In this document: positions 13,660 to 26,416 of the stretch, piece by piece
How positions within the stretch are numbered: the first letter of the stretch is position 1
How the letters are laid out: every line of letters starts with the position of its first letter
Source of the DNA: Eledone cirrhosa
Lineage: Eukaryota
Direction of reading: 5' to 3'
Assembly (NCBI GenBank): GCA_964016885.1
Contig: OZ024745.1
Coordinates: 68,448,001-68,512,000 of the forward strand
Length of the DNA: 64,000 bases
The notes under the pieces: generated by a model
The model's database searches: none
Seen by the model: only the letters and a program-made list of their open reading frames with translations
What the model was told of the DNA's origin: nothing
Made by a program: the position numbers and the translations under genes

Positions 13660-14170
13660 TATATGGAGAATAGAAATGGCTGTGTAGTTGCTATTGAAGG
13701 TAACTTAAAATGCCGTAGGAATACGAAGAAAGCAAGAACGGGGGAGGGGAGTTTTCCTCATCACTTGTCTACTGGGGGTGTCGGTCGGATATTTCTTCGC
13801 TTTAAAGACAAGCTATCTCACCCCAGGGCGTCAATAACTGGATAAGTTATTGGGAAAACGAAGGAGGGAGGGAAGGAAAGCAAAAGGGAAGAAAAGAGAA
13901 AACAGTAACAAAACAGCGAAAACAACAACAACAAACCGAGCAATGTGCGAGCAACTATAGGTAGGAAATCCAAGACCACTCGATAATAGAACTTAAGTTC
14001 GAGACCGAGTAATCGAGAGAAAAGACACACGTCCGATCGCCGCAATTGTAAGTGAGAAGAGAACTGCTAAACGGTCAGGCGAGGGGGTGAAAGTGAGAGG
14101 AAGAAAGTGGGGTAAGAGTAGATAGGGAGAAAGGGAGTGGAAGAAAGAGGGGTTCAGAGTAGAAATTAGC
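13660..14170 (-). mobile_element. Family J copy, with a mutated permuted hammerhead at 13758-13831
   Basis: Reverse complement of ~8740-9250. Core reads GTGATGA and the site reads GC instead of TC. Confidence 0.8.
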
Positions 14171-14171
14171 G

Positions 14172-14223
<52 letters not shown>

Positions 14224-15414
14224 GTTCAATTCTTTATAACAATCATTGAAAAATTCTTTTTCCGCCTTTTTAGTGTCCACACCCTGTTTTATAAGCTATT
14301 TTTATAGCATTTATGAGCTTGCGCACTCTCTTTATACTTATACTTATATATATATATATATATATATATCAGTTATTCATGATGCCATGAAGTGGAATCT
14401 AGTCTGGGACTTCACGTGTTCGTAGCTAACTTGTTAATCAATTAACCATGCTTGCGTTCAAAAATACACATTACCCAACAGATCGACAGGACGGCATATA
14501 AAATGAATGGCTTCCATTATTGGTGCTTAGTCATAGCTGAACAGGGACTAAACCATAACGATAACAACTATCAGCAATGATTTTGCGAAAAAAACAGAAA
14601 TATGTAAACAAAAATGCCATATATAAAAATGAAAAGAATGTTGCCAATTGTCAATTAGGACAAAGGAAATTATATTTCCATTGGTCTTTTTATTACTGGT
14701 ATTATTATGGGTAATAGATTTCCAGAGTCATTTGAGCGTCGGACAATTTCTTAGCAGTAATTGTTCTGGCTTCTCGCGCTCTACGCTTTCAATTCAAATC
14801 CCGTCGAGGTTAACTTTGTTTTTCGCCCTTCCGATGTCAATAAAATAAACTAACAGTCAAGTATTGGGTTCGATATAATCGATTTCCCCCTCCTCTATAT
14901 TGCTTGCCTTGTACCTAAAGTAGAATGAATTATCGATCAGTCACAACGCCCGGCATAAATGTTTAGACATTTCTGGTTACAGGAAACGAGATTTGAAATC
15001 AAAACGCACAGAACTAAATGAGATACCACAACACATCCTACCCGACATTTTTACGATTCCTCCCCCCCCCCTCCTATGCATTCGTACTTTATTTATCGAT
15101 CCCGAAATGATGAAAGACAAATTTGAACCCAGAGTGCAAAGAGTTAACACAAATATCGAGCTATATAATCCGATGCTCTAATGATTCTGCCAATTCTTAA
15201 TTTAACAGATTTAATAAAATTCATTCGATGACATAGATGTTTAAGAGAAAATTAATATTGTTTTATGAAATATTACAATAAAAACTATCTAATTTCTCGA
15301 GAGGCATATCTGTAAAATTAATATGGATTTTTAAAGAGCCAATAAGGAACATGCAATGTTATTCAGCTGCTAAAAATAGAATCAAATCTTTTTCATGCCA
15401 CACTACCATCTGAT

Positions 15415-15720
15415 GTATGTGGTCAGGTGGTTAGTATTTTGGGCTCACAATCGAAGATTCGAGGATTCAATTTTCAGATTGAGCGACGCATTGTGTCATT
15501 GACAAATCATTTAATTTCTCGTTGATCTCTTCCATTCAGCTACCAAAAAATAAGTATTTCATTTTCGATGTGGGGCAAAAAATATAAGTTTATGTTGACC
15601 TGAGGGGAACTTACGATCGTAAGGTCATGGGTTCAAATCTCATACCGGGTGATACGTTGTGGCCTTGAGCAAATACCTTCATTTCACGATGCTCTGTTCC
15701 GCTTAGCTAGAATAAAAATG
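15415..15720 (+). mobile_element. Two degenerate tRNA-derived SINEs of a second family (tgtgtccttgagcaa core)
   Basis: tRNA-like head (ggttag...ggttcaaatc) followed by ttgtggccttgagcaaatacctt. Similar pieces near 1900-1990 and 55330-55440. Confidence 0.55.
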
Positions 15721-16235
15721 AGCCTTTTGTTTATCGATTCGTGGAGAAAAAGAAAGGTTAATTTGACCTGAAATCACAGAGCCGGAAAAAATAACCACCA
15801 CAAGGCATGTGTCCGACACTCTAACGATTGTACCAATCGATCACCTTCAGTCGATATAATCATAAAAAATAGACGACCTTGAGCTAACGTTATAAATCAA
15901 TATGACGGTAGTTAAAATGTTGAAATATTGACAGTGGTGAGGAGGAATAAGAAGACTTTATAAATGTTGTAATTAATAATTAACTGGATTTCCAACTGAA
16001 ACATTGTATTGTTGGATGTAACAACATAACTAAACCCAAATTCAGGGCATTCACACTCCTGTTGGAGGAACCCCGCCCTGACTAGCCTCCACCACTTAAC
16101 ATTTTAGTCATGTTTTTATGAGTATAGCTGTGTTCACCACGCTTGGCTAATTGCAGTTTGGTGAAGCTATTTTACACATAGTTGGGGTGAATGGCCGTTG
16201 ACTCTGAAGAGTCCATCCACCCTTTTAATAACATA

Positions 16236-16378
16236 ACTGTTTCTACTTTTGGCACAAGGTCGGCAATTAGCCCAGTGTATTACTGGTACTTTATTTTATC
16301 GACCCCGTAGGATGAAAGGCAAAGCTAACATTGGCGGGATTTGAACTCAAATCATAAACGTCCTTAACTATGCTGCAA
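16236..16378 (-). mobile_element. tRNA-derived SINE, 5' truncated
   Basis: Reverse match to the consensus seen at 45410-45586. Confidence 0.8.
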
Positions 16379-17936
16379 CATAACATGAAGCACATATAAC
16401 CATTTCCTTTCATCTATTAACTCATAACCTCTGTTAAGGTGGGTTAGTCTCTTTAACTCTTTAACTAGTTCTAACCTTCAGACTGTGGTCAAGATAGGAA
16501 GCCCACTATGGGTACTAGACTGCTCTTGAAATTAGCGTACAAGTGGCTGAGCATTCCACAACAGACACGTGCACACTTAACGTAATTTTCGGGGAGATTG
16601 TATTAATCCTGGCTTTTTGATTTACAGGTACAATTTATACCAACTGATTAAACTGGAGCAAATAAAAATGTTTTGGTTAAGGACATAATGTACCGCCGAG
16701 TCGATATCACGACCGCACGCTCATGAGCCGAATAAACTAACCACTAAGTCACGTCTTTACAAATTAAGCCAATACATACATATATTTCTATACACATACA
16801 TAGAGAGATAGCCAGAGTATAGTTAACATCTGAACAGTCAGTGTAAAATCAACAAATAAAACAAAAGTGAATATACATGTATAATTAATGGACCTTCGTC
16901 GGTGTTGACGATGATTGATCTAGTTGTTCAATCAATGGAATAGCCTACTCAATAAATCAATGAGTAAATAGCTGAGCATTACATAGGCACGTGTACTCTT
17001 ATAGTAATTCTAAGGGATATTAGGCGAGATACGGTGTCTGCCGCTCCAGACTATTGGAATTGTAGATATAATCCATCCGGTGGGCTTCCGGCCACCCAAT
17101 TTCACTTATAGTGATGGAGTCGACCCGAGACTACGTTAAAAAAGACTTGCTCAAGATTTTACGCAGTGGGTCAGTATATGAAACCTCGTGATTGCGAAGA
17201 GAATTTGTTAACCAATTGATCATGCTACGTCCTAATCAGCATGTGTTGGCCCTCCGTTAATTGCGACGAGTCCCATACTGGTCTCATTCTTCTTCATCAT
17301 TTCCTTCTTATCACTCTTTCTCGCCTTTTCTCCTTCTCTGAAAGAAATCAGTTGTGTTCAGGCCCAGAGAGGGGTGAGCTCCGCTAGTTTTAAAATACCT
17401 TAGAGAAGCTGTATGTCACTACAGCGCCACTACGACTCCTGTAGGAATTACATGTCCATATACATACAATATGAAATGTTTTAAGGTAAACATACTCTGT
17501 GTAATGCCAATGCCAATGACGTCACAAAACGTCATACAACATCACACACCTTACAATCTTTCTCGGTCCAAGCATATCTTCCAATATTCATACCATATAA
17601 GGTATAAATAAACATGACGATTGAGGAAGCAACGAGAGAGAGAGAAACAATTGATTCCACGGTTCGAATGCGTTAATAAACAGTTCGAATCAACAACTGC
17701 AGGAATCGTAAGAGTGACTCAACTCATTATCCATGTCCTTTCTTTGTTGTTAGAGAACAAATATCAAAACTTGTTTTTAGAATTTATACATAACACAAAG
17801 CTTCCTTTAGTGTAAAGACATTTAAATACACAGACGTAAAGATACAAATGTTACATATATATGAGCTCATACATAACTGCATGTACGCACATACACGCAT
17901 ACACGCACAGACAAACACACGAGCACACAAATACGA

Positions 17937-18021
<85 letters not shown>

Positions 18022-18227
18022 CACACATACATATATATATATACGCACATATATATGTGTGTGTGTGTGTGTGTATACACTTATATATTTGTATGTGTGT
18101 ATGTGCATTTATATGTGCACGCATATATGCATAAACACATACGCACACATATGCATATATATGTGTAAATATATATGTACATATACATATATATATACAT
18201 ATATTTATATGCCTATATGCATATATA

Positions 18228-18335
<108 letters not shown>

Positions 18336-18999
18336 TACTAGATATAGATAGATAGATAGATGGATGGATATTCGTACATGCATACAGATAGATTGAATAG
18401 GTAGGTAAAGGTAAATGGAGGGGATGATTTGTGAAGAAGAGAGTGATGGAGGTAGAAAAGTAGAAAATATTTGTGTAGAACAAATAGCTAAGCTGGTGGT
18501 CAATCACTCTGTGTCATCCTTCTTCATCAATGAACAAGCAAAGAAATAAAAAGCAGATTGTTTGTGGTTTTTTATTTTCGCCAGTGAACTGCATTGTTGA
18601 ATAGCTATTGTAGAACAGCTAATTGTCAACATACAACGAAATGTTTGTCCACGAATATAAGGTTCGCTTTTGCTGCTAATGATTTTACACAAACGATTGT
18701 ATTGTCTCTTTAGTAACAAAACATTTTACCTTTACTGCAAACATGTTGTTCAACAAGACCAGAGAAAATTCCGTAACAACAGAATATGTAAAACTATTAA
18801 TAAAACAAGTAAATAACATGAAAACTGAATAGAGGAATGGAGGAATGGAGGAATGGAGGAATGGAGGAATGGAGGAATGGATAAATGGATGAATCTCAAT
18901 TAAGCCATCATCACTAGTGAATATGACTAGTTCACCATTACAACCTTTTCCAGATAAAATTCCTGGAACCTTTATATATGTGTGTGTGTGTGTATATAT

Positions 19000-19370
19000 G
19001 TATCCGTGTAGATATGTACATGTGTGTATGTGTGTGTGTGTGTGTGTCTTCATGTGTGCGTTTGTATGTATCCATATAGATATGTACATGTGTGTATGTG
19101 TGTGTGTGTGTGTGTCTTCATGTGTGCGTTTGTATGTATCCATATAGATATGTACATGTGTGTATGTGTGTGTGTGTGTGTATCTTCATGTGTGCGTTTG
19201 TATGTATCCATATAGATATGTACATGTGTGTATGTGTGTGTGTGTGTCTTCATGTGTGCGTTTGTATGTATCCATATAGATATGTACATGTGTGTATGTG
19301 TGTGTGTGTGTGTGTCTTCCTGTGTGCGTTTGTATGTATCCATAGAGATATGTACATGTGTGTATGTGTG
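19000..19370. repeat. Tandem repeat, ~66-68-bp unit, ~5 copies
   Basis: Unit atccatatagatatgtacatgtgtgtat(gt)n cttcatgtgtgcgtttgtatgt is repeated. Confidence 0.9.
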
Positions 19371-19383
19371 TCTGGATGTGTGC

Positions 19384-19433
<50 letters not shown>

Positions 19434-19995
19434 GTATCCATGTAGGTATGTAAATGTGTGTATGGCTGTGTGTGTGTGTAAGTATACATGTATATATGTA
19501 CATGTGTGTGTATGAGTGTATGTGTGTGTGTGTAAGTATACGTGTATATATGTACAAGTGTGTATGTATGTGTATGAGTGTGTGCTATATATATGTATCC
19601 ATGTAGATATGTTCATGTGTGCGTGTTTGAGTGTGTGTGTGTATATACATGTGTATATATAAATATATGTACATGTGTGTGTATGTGTATGAGTGTGTAT
19701 GTATGTACATGAGTGTGTATGTGTGTGTGTGTATCCATGTATATATATTTACATGTGTGTGTGTGTGTGAGTGTGTGTGTATGCATGTATCCATATATAT
19801 ATGTACATGTGTGTGTGTATGTATGCATCCATGTATATATGTACACGTGTGTGTATGAGTGTGTGTGTGTATATGTATGTATCCATGTAGATATGTGTGT
19901 ATGTATGTGTATGCCTTTACGTCTATATATTTTAACAACTGTTGTTTTCCGATATCCTGTAAATTAGCGATTCAACAAATATAAGTGAATATATA

Positions 19996-20086
19996 CAGGG
20001 TGTCTCCAAAAAATGTATACACACTTTGATTACCCGTACAGGCAATATTTATTAGAATGTTGTATACATTTTTGGGGGACACCCTG
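19996..20086. mobile_element. Tc1/mariner-type MITE (91 bp)
   Basis: ~26-bp TIRs cagggtgtcYccMaaaaatgtataca with TA on both sides. Confidence 0.85.
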
Positions 20087-20243
20087 TATACTAGTGAATA
20101 TATATAGACTAAGAAATGATGATATAAATTAATCAATATTTAAACTAGAGGATATAAATAGGAATTATATAAACTAGAGTATATAATTAGTGAAAATATA
20201 GACTAGATAGTGTATATATTAGTGGATATATATAGACTGGCGA

Positions 20244-20292
<49 letters not shown>

Positions 20293-20297
<5 letters not shown>

Positions 20298-20860
20298 TAA
20301 AACATGTCCATAGAATCACTAGCATAATTAACCATATAAAAAATCAATTAGACCAAGCTATAAGAATAAAGGCTCCTATGAAGAAATCTCCGACAAATAA
20401 CCGAAAGCAGCCCCTCCGCGGCGGTTAAATTTGAGCTGACTCCTGATGAATCCGAAGCTCTGGATGTCCCCTGTTATCGGATGTCTTAAAATACAGACGA
20501 AACCATGGTAGAGGTAATTAAATATGTACACATTTCTTCCAAGTTTATTTTACACCTAATTGTGTTTAGTTGACTGTATATCTGGACGATTTATACATGC
20601 TGTCGAAATGTTTGATAAATACTCCGTCGTAACCGCTGTGAAAGGGCTGCTTTCGGTTATTTGTCGGAGATTTCTTCATAGGAGCCTTTATTCTTATAGC
20701 TTGGTCTAATTGATTTTTTATATGGTTAATTATGCTAATTGGGAGAGGAAACGGTATATATTTTATCTAGTGATTCTATAGACATGTTTTATGATATATA
20801 GCTCTGATCATTTAATTTATTAATTCTTAATTGAGCCACAACGTGACCCGTTGCAAAACA
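20293..20860 (+). mobile_element. Fold-back PLE-type terminal repeat (family C) with central hammerhead
   Basis: 20293-20428 is inverted at ~20630-20800, a hammerhead lies between the arms, and (TA)n flanks the element. Confidence 0.75.
20440..20513 (+). ncRNA. Type I hammerhead with branched stem II (GUA site)
   Basis: ctc-CTGATGA-atccga...tcggat-gtct...agac-GAAA-ccatgg-TA-gag. Palindromic stem III ACCATGGT. Confidence 0.65.
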
Positions 20861-20897
20861 CATATATATCTATGACTTTATATATATATATGTAAAC

Positions 20898-20949
<52 letters not shown>

Positions 20950-20950
<1 letters not shown>

Positions 20951-23195
20951 TTCAGGTTATCAATAATGTAGTGATAATATATCGTTACGTTAGAGATGAA
21001 CAGCGTACGTGTAGGTTTGCTCAACGAGTATAAATTATATTCCGGAGAAAATGTATAAAAGATGAATATAAAATGAAAGTGCTTTTTTTAAAAAGGAATT
21101 TATTAGGTATTGACATATGTTTCTGTAACAGACGGAATACCTATGTATCGCTGCTTGCGTAATCATATAATGTTAGCAAGTATTCGATAGCAAATGTATA
21201 ATCAGTTGTCACTTCTTCAGAGATTTTGGATAAATTGGATAAAATCAGAAAAATTGAAGTATTTATATTAGTAATAGAGGAAGAAGAGAGGGGATAGTAT
21301 ATGACAGATGGTAATTCAATTTACTGCTAAACAAGTATATAAAGGGTTTCTAATGAGAATACCATGAGTAAATGGTTCATTTTATCTAAATAAGAATTTT
21401 TGGGAGTGCCAATTTTAATCTATACTTGACCAATTGGACAGTGGACAGGGCTGGTCATTTGGTGTAGTAGTATTAATTATAAAGTGTCAATTGGGGAAGG
21501 GGGAGATTTCGATTGTTACTGAATAACATCAATGCTAGTAGCCAGCTGGTATATGCATTAGGGAATTGAATTAAGAAATCAGAAATCTCATTTTATCTAT
21601 AGCAGTTTATATTAAATGGTAAATAATAGAAGAGTTGATAGAATTAAGACTAATAGAGAATGTTAATATCTATTTTGACAATCAAACGCTATTATATCCC
21701 ATTTAAAGTGAAATTGTTGGTTATTTTCACGCACCTGCCAAACCTTGTCTGCGAGTGTTGTTACATAACGCTGGTTTTCATGTTTTATCGAGTAACGATG
21801 TCTATAAAGGCGTGATTTGAAGGAGGTGGCTGTAGATCCCACATAGTACCACTTCTGTCTATCCGATTCGATAGTACATTTGTATACGATGTTGCGTTCA
21901 AGACACTGATTGTTCAACGGACACATTCCTGGTTGGACACAGTTACAATTATAATTTTGCGTTGTTGTATTGTCATGGATGGGTTGTTGAGGTTGCTTAG
22001 GTAGGACAGGATGTTGTTTGTTGTTTTGTGATGTTATAGCTAATGTTTTACGTGTATTGTTATGTGTTGGAAGGCGTTTATACAACCGTTTTGCGTTAAG
22101 CTTTTTTATATGTTGTTCAATATTAGGGGCGGTTGAATATGAAAGTCGAATAGTGTTAGGGTTTAAGATTTTATTATATTTATGTGATGTTGGAAAGTGT
22201 TTTTTAACTAATCGAAAGAATTGTGAGGGTAGATTGGTTTTAATAGAGTTGTTATAGACCGGGTTATACCAAATATACTCTTTACATCGCCTTCTATTTG
22301 GTGGTGTGCGACTATTATTGTGTCTATTGCGGTAGTGTATGTATGGTGGTGATTCTGTGTTATTTCTACTCCTATGGGATTTATTTTGGGTGTTTTGGTG
22401 ATCTTCGACTATATACTCTATATTATCTAGGTGTCCGGCTTTCCTAAGTGCATCATCATAATATTCGGCATGTTCTTTGAAGGTTTGTTGGTTGGACGAC
22501 AGGCGGGAGATTCTAAGAGAAACATTTCTAGGGATGGATTTAATTATAGAGAGTGGATGGTTAGAACTCGTATTTACATATTTAAGGTTCTCATTTAGTT
22601 TATGGAACGGTTTAATCGTATCTGTATTGAGATTCAAAGTAACATCAAGGAAATTGACCTCTTTGAGGTTATATTCAAATGTAATATTTAATCCTAGTTC
22701 CTTAAAAAGCTTTCTGATATTTTTACGCATCCTTTCTAAATGCTGGTTATTCATATGCTTAACTAATAGGAGCGCATCATTACGGTAGATTCCACCGTGG
22801 AGATCCTTGAATTTTCCTTGTAGTCTGTGGGTGATATAAATTCCCACAAGATCTGTTACTTCCGCCGAATCATTAGAACCCATAATAATATCAAAATTAG
22901 AAGGTCTATCTTTGCGAACCCAGTAGCTATCATCGAATTTGACTATAGTTTTCCTCGCTTCCATAATAATTTTAATTTCAGCATCCGTAAGGTCGGAATT
23001 AGCCTTAGCGAACGAAAGAGCTTCATGTAGAGTATCAGGTAAAATTGAGGAATAATATTCATCAATATCAAACTGAATAAATTTTGATTTTTTCTTATCA
23101 GTAATGTTATTAAACCATCTTATTGCTTCATGAGTGTTACCCCATAGTTTAATTTCTACTTTAACCTTAACTTGGGGGATAATTCTGTCTAGTAT
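20950..23195 (-). mobile_element. 5'-truncated Penelope-like retroelement (Naiad-like), RT + GIY-YIG endonuclease
   Basis: ORF 21663-23324 has FIQFDIDEYYSSI, MGSNDSAEVTDLVG, YRND (YRDD variant), NFLDVTL, WYNP, NTIRLSYST, CNC..CPL..C, IVYKC..YYVGST..FKSRLYRH. The first ~45 aa are flanking or SINE sequence. A degenerate HHR lies in the 3' UTR at ~21109-21223. Confidence 0.92.
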
Positions 23196-23303
23196 ATATA
23201 GTAGTGAATATATACACTGCAGTTTTAAAGAAGGGAATATAAGAATTAGTCTATATAAACAAATGAGTATATATAAAGTAGTGAATAATATAATAAAGTA
23301 AAT

Positions 23304-23490
23304 AATTGTTTCTACATATGGCACAAGGACAGCAAATTACCCAGTACATTACTGTTACTTTATTTTATCGACCCTGTAAGGATGAAAGGCAAAGTTAACC
23401 TCGCCGGGATTTGAACTCAGAACATAAAGGGGCGTAACTCTATGCTACAAAGTATGGCGTCCGACTCTCTACCGATACTGCCAATCCACC
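23304..23490 (-). mobile_element. tRNA-derived SINE
   Basis: Full-length reverse match to the SINE consensus (ggtggattggcagtatcggtagag...agaaacaatt). Confidence 0.9.
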
Positions 23491-23588
23491 ATTTGAACTC
23501 AGAATAATATTGGCTTGTGTGTATACATAGTTTACTGACTGGATAATATGGATTAGTAGATAATATAAAGTAGACTAGTGGGTGTATA

Positions 23589-23709
<121 letters not shown>

Positions 23710-23712
23710 TAC

Positions 23713-24110
23713 ATGGGTGTGTATGGTTGTGTATAGAAGATTATATTAATAAAAGGAATTCCAACTTTGTCTGATTTACTCGTTTTATTTACAATTCTTT
23801 AAAATTATAATGATATTATAATGAAATAGTATGGTAGAATATTAAATGTTAAGTGTTAATTGAACAAGTACTTTCATGCTTTCGCAATCTTCAGGTTCAT
23901 ATTCTGTGGTGACAGTCAAGTTAGCAATTTTCAACTTGACTGTCACCACAGAATATGAACCTGAAGATTGCGAAAGCATGAAAGTACTTGTTCAATTAAC
24001 ACTTAACATTTAATATTCTACCATACTATTTCATTCTAATATCATTATAATTTTAAAGGATTGTAAATAAAACGAGTAAATCAGACAAAGTTGGAATTCC
24101 TTTTATTAAT
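23713..24110. mobile_element. Palindromic PLE terminal repeat (family D) with two divergent hammerheads
   Basis: 23744-23922 is the reverse complement of 23933-24110. The same sequence occurs at 48240-48465 downstream of a GIY-YIG remnant. Confidence 0.85.
23956..23994 (+). ncRNA. Minimal type I hammerhead (mirror copy at 23861-23899 minus; another at 48390-48428 minus)
   Basis: tgaac-CTGAAGA-t tgc gaaa gca t-GAAA-gtac-TT-gttca. Palindromic stem III AGTACT. Confidence 0.85.
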
Positions 24111-24129
24111 ATATATATATATATATTTG

Positions 24130-24945
24130 ACGCGTTCTTCCTCACTTTTCGTTGCTTCACCATCTTTGTTTGTTTACACTCTCGCTGTTCCCTTTATTTA
24201 CGTGTCCCAATGACTTTCTTTAGCCGTTGCTCGCACCAACCGGATGTATATGGTCTTTAAAGCGAAGAAATACCGAGGATGGTTGGAAGATCACTGATGA
24301 AGGACCAACTTTATTCATATGTAACCCATTTGCAACCACGCAGCACGTTTATTCTCATATTTACACATATAATCCCCCGCTGTGACCCGTCTATTTCGTT
24401 CTTACTGCTTCCTCTTTCTCTGTATCTTTACCCTCTCTAACAGTCACTCTCTCTGTTAGTCTCTTCCTCACCCTTCACTCACTCTCTGTTACTACCTCTC
24501 CTCCTCCTCCTTCTTCCCGTTTGACCTGTGCGTAAGTCTTTTCTTTCGCACGCTTGGCCAGGCCGGTTCCCCTTTTTTCTCTCTCTCGTCTACGATTTCA
24601 CAGAACTTATGTTCACCGAATTCACGGACTAGACTCCTTCTTCCTCCCGTTTGACCTGTGCGGAATTACTTCCTTGCTCACATTTCAACCAGGTTTGAAG
24701 GTCTTTAATCTCTCTCGTTCACGATTTCACCGAACTTATATTCATGGAAATTTGGGACTTGACTCGTACTTCCTCACTTTTCGTTGCTTCACCCTCTTTA
24801 TTTGTTTACACTCTCGCTGTTCCCTTTATTTACGTGTCCCAACGACTTTCTTTAGCCGTTGCTCGCACCAACCGGAGGTATATGGTCTTTAAAGCGAAGA
24901 AATACCGAGGATGGTTGGAAGATCACTGATGAAGGACCAACTTTA

Positions 24946-24950
<5 letters not shown>
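24130..24950 (+). mobile_element. Family I non-coding tandem element (period 632) with two permuted hammerheads
   Basis: 24130-24319 is repeated at ~24760-24950. Motifs at 24231-24300 and 24863-24932. Confidence 0.85.
24863..24932 (+). ncRNA. Candidate non-circularly permuted hammerhead (best family I copy)
   Basis: tcgc-a-ccaacc-gga-ggta-TA-tggtctt-taaa-gcga-a-GAAA-tacc-gaggat-ggttgg-aagatca-CTGATGA. Confidence 0.75.
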
Positions 24951-24990
<40 letters not shown>

Positions 24991-25001
24991 GTATATATAT
25001 G

Positions 25002-25082
<81 letters not shown>

Positions 25083-25125
25083 ACATATATATATATTTAT
25101 ATATATGTATATATATATATATACT

Positions 25126-25170
<45 letters not shown>

Positions 25171-25171
25171 T

Positions 25172-25897
25172 TTAGTATATGTTGGTTGTATACCAACACA
25201 TCAGTGTGCAGATTGGAGCACTCGACGAAGTGCGCAGGTTGGTTTGGTTACTCCGGAGTAATGTTAAATAAAATAAAATAAAATAAATAAGTCAAATGTT
25301 TAAAATTTGGCTTCGTTTATTACTGCTATATGGGAAGAGTGACCAATGGGAAGAGTGACCTTACAAATCTTTATAACATTGAGATGGGTATAACACACAC
25401 ACACATTTTATTCGATTATTTTATTTTATTTTGTTCCTTTACCATCTTATTCCTTCTACCACTTTATCATTTTTTTTAGCTGACTCCAACAACAACAACA
25501 CTACCAACATAAGAATAGAGGTCAGATGTACCTAACAATAACAAGAACAACAACTACAGGTTGGCTTGCCTCAGAACGAATTTCTATAGATTTTTTGACT
25601 GAGGAATGTTCTAACAACTGACCAATGAGAGGAGAAGAGTCCCTTTGGCGCTGAAATTCGTTTGTTTAAATTCATATGATTCCAGTTCCTCAGTGAAATA
25701 ACAACCCAACCAGGAACTGGGCATATCAGAGTATTGACAAAGTTATACACCTCAACAACATGTGTACTCGTCTCTACCACATTAATTCGGACTGCCTGAA
25801 GAGGTCACAGCCAAAGATGGCTGTCACCGAAATATATATAGCAGTAATAAACGAAGCCAAATTTTAAACATATGACATATTTATTTTATTATATTTT
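25172..25897. mobile_element. Fold-back PLE-type terminal repeat (family E)
   Basis: Arm 25270-25330 is inverted at 25837-25897. A second copy lies at 46560-46932. Confidence 0.8.
25791..25845 (+). ncRNA. Type I hammerhead ribozyme (AUA site)
   Basis: actgc-CTGAAGA-ggt c acagcca aaga tggctgt c acc-GAAA-tatata-TA-gcagt. Confidence 0.9.
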
Positions 25898-26378
25898 ATA
25901 TATATATAGGTTAGTGGATACAAACAAAAAAACGGTGAAGGGTGATGAATAGAAAGAATAGAGAATGGAAGAAAAGACACAGAAGATGGAGGGCTGCAAC
26001 ATCAACAACAACACCAAGAACATGAATAAAAAAAGGTGGTGGAGGTATAAAAAGATCAGAACTTATTGAAGATTCTCATCTGTAGAGAGGTAGATACTAA
26101 TACCTAGCAGATACTATTCTGGGAGTTCTGCTGGGATTGACCTAGATATTCCAAATCTTACTTAAAGCTCAAACAAACTATTCAAGGTAAACATGAGGTA
26201 GATACCTGGGTTGTGGATTAACAGTTACTGAACTGATTATTGTTGTATATGATGTTGGGGGTCACATATATACGCACATACACAGACAAACATACACACA
26301 CATACGATCATACACACATATACGCTCCTACAAACACTTATACACACACAGAAGAGAGAAAGAGAATGTATACAGGTG

Positions 26379-26416
<38 letters not shown>

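Noticed and set aside
18504-18719. 71-aa non-repetitive ORF, possible host exon (also 63750-63845 and 500-980)
   Set aside because: No recognisable domain or supportable splice structure by eye.
19000-19370. Regular repeats suggestive of a CRISPR array (also the 60-bp repeats at ~50975-51140)
   Set aside because: No unique spacers, no cas genes, and a eukaryotic context.
23196-23324. Hydrophobic N-terminus of the 553-aa ORF as a signal or membrane segment
   Set aside because: It is read-through from a SINE tail and AT-rich flank, not part of the PLE protein.
24883-24902. ctttaaagcg resembling the pistol or twister ribozyme conserved strings
   Set aside because: The surrounding helices do not fit those topologies, and the hammerhead segments explain the conservation better.
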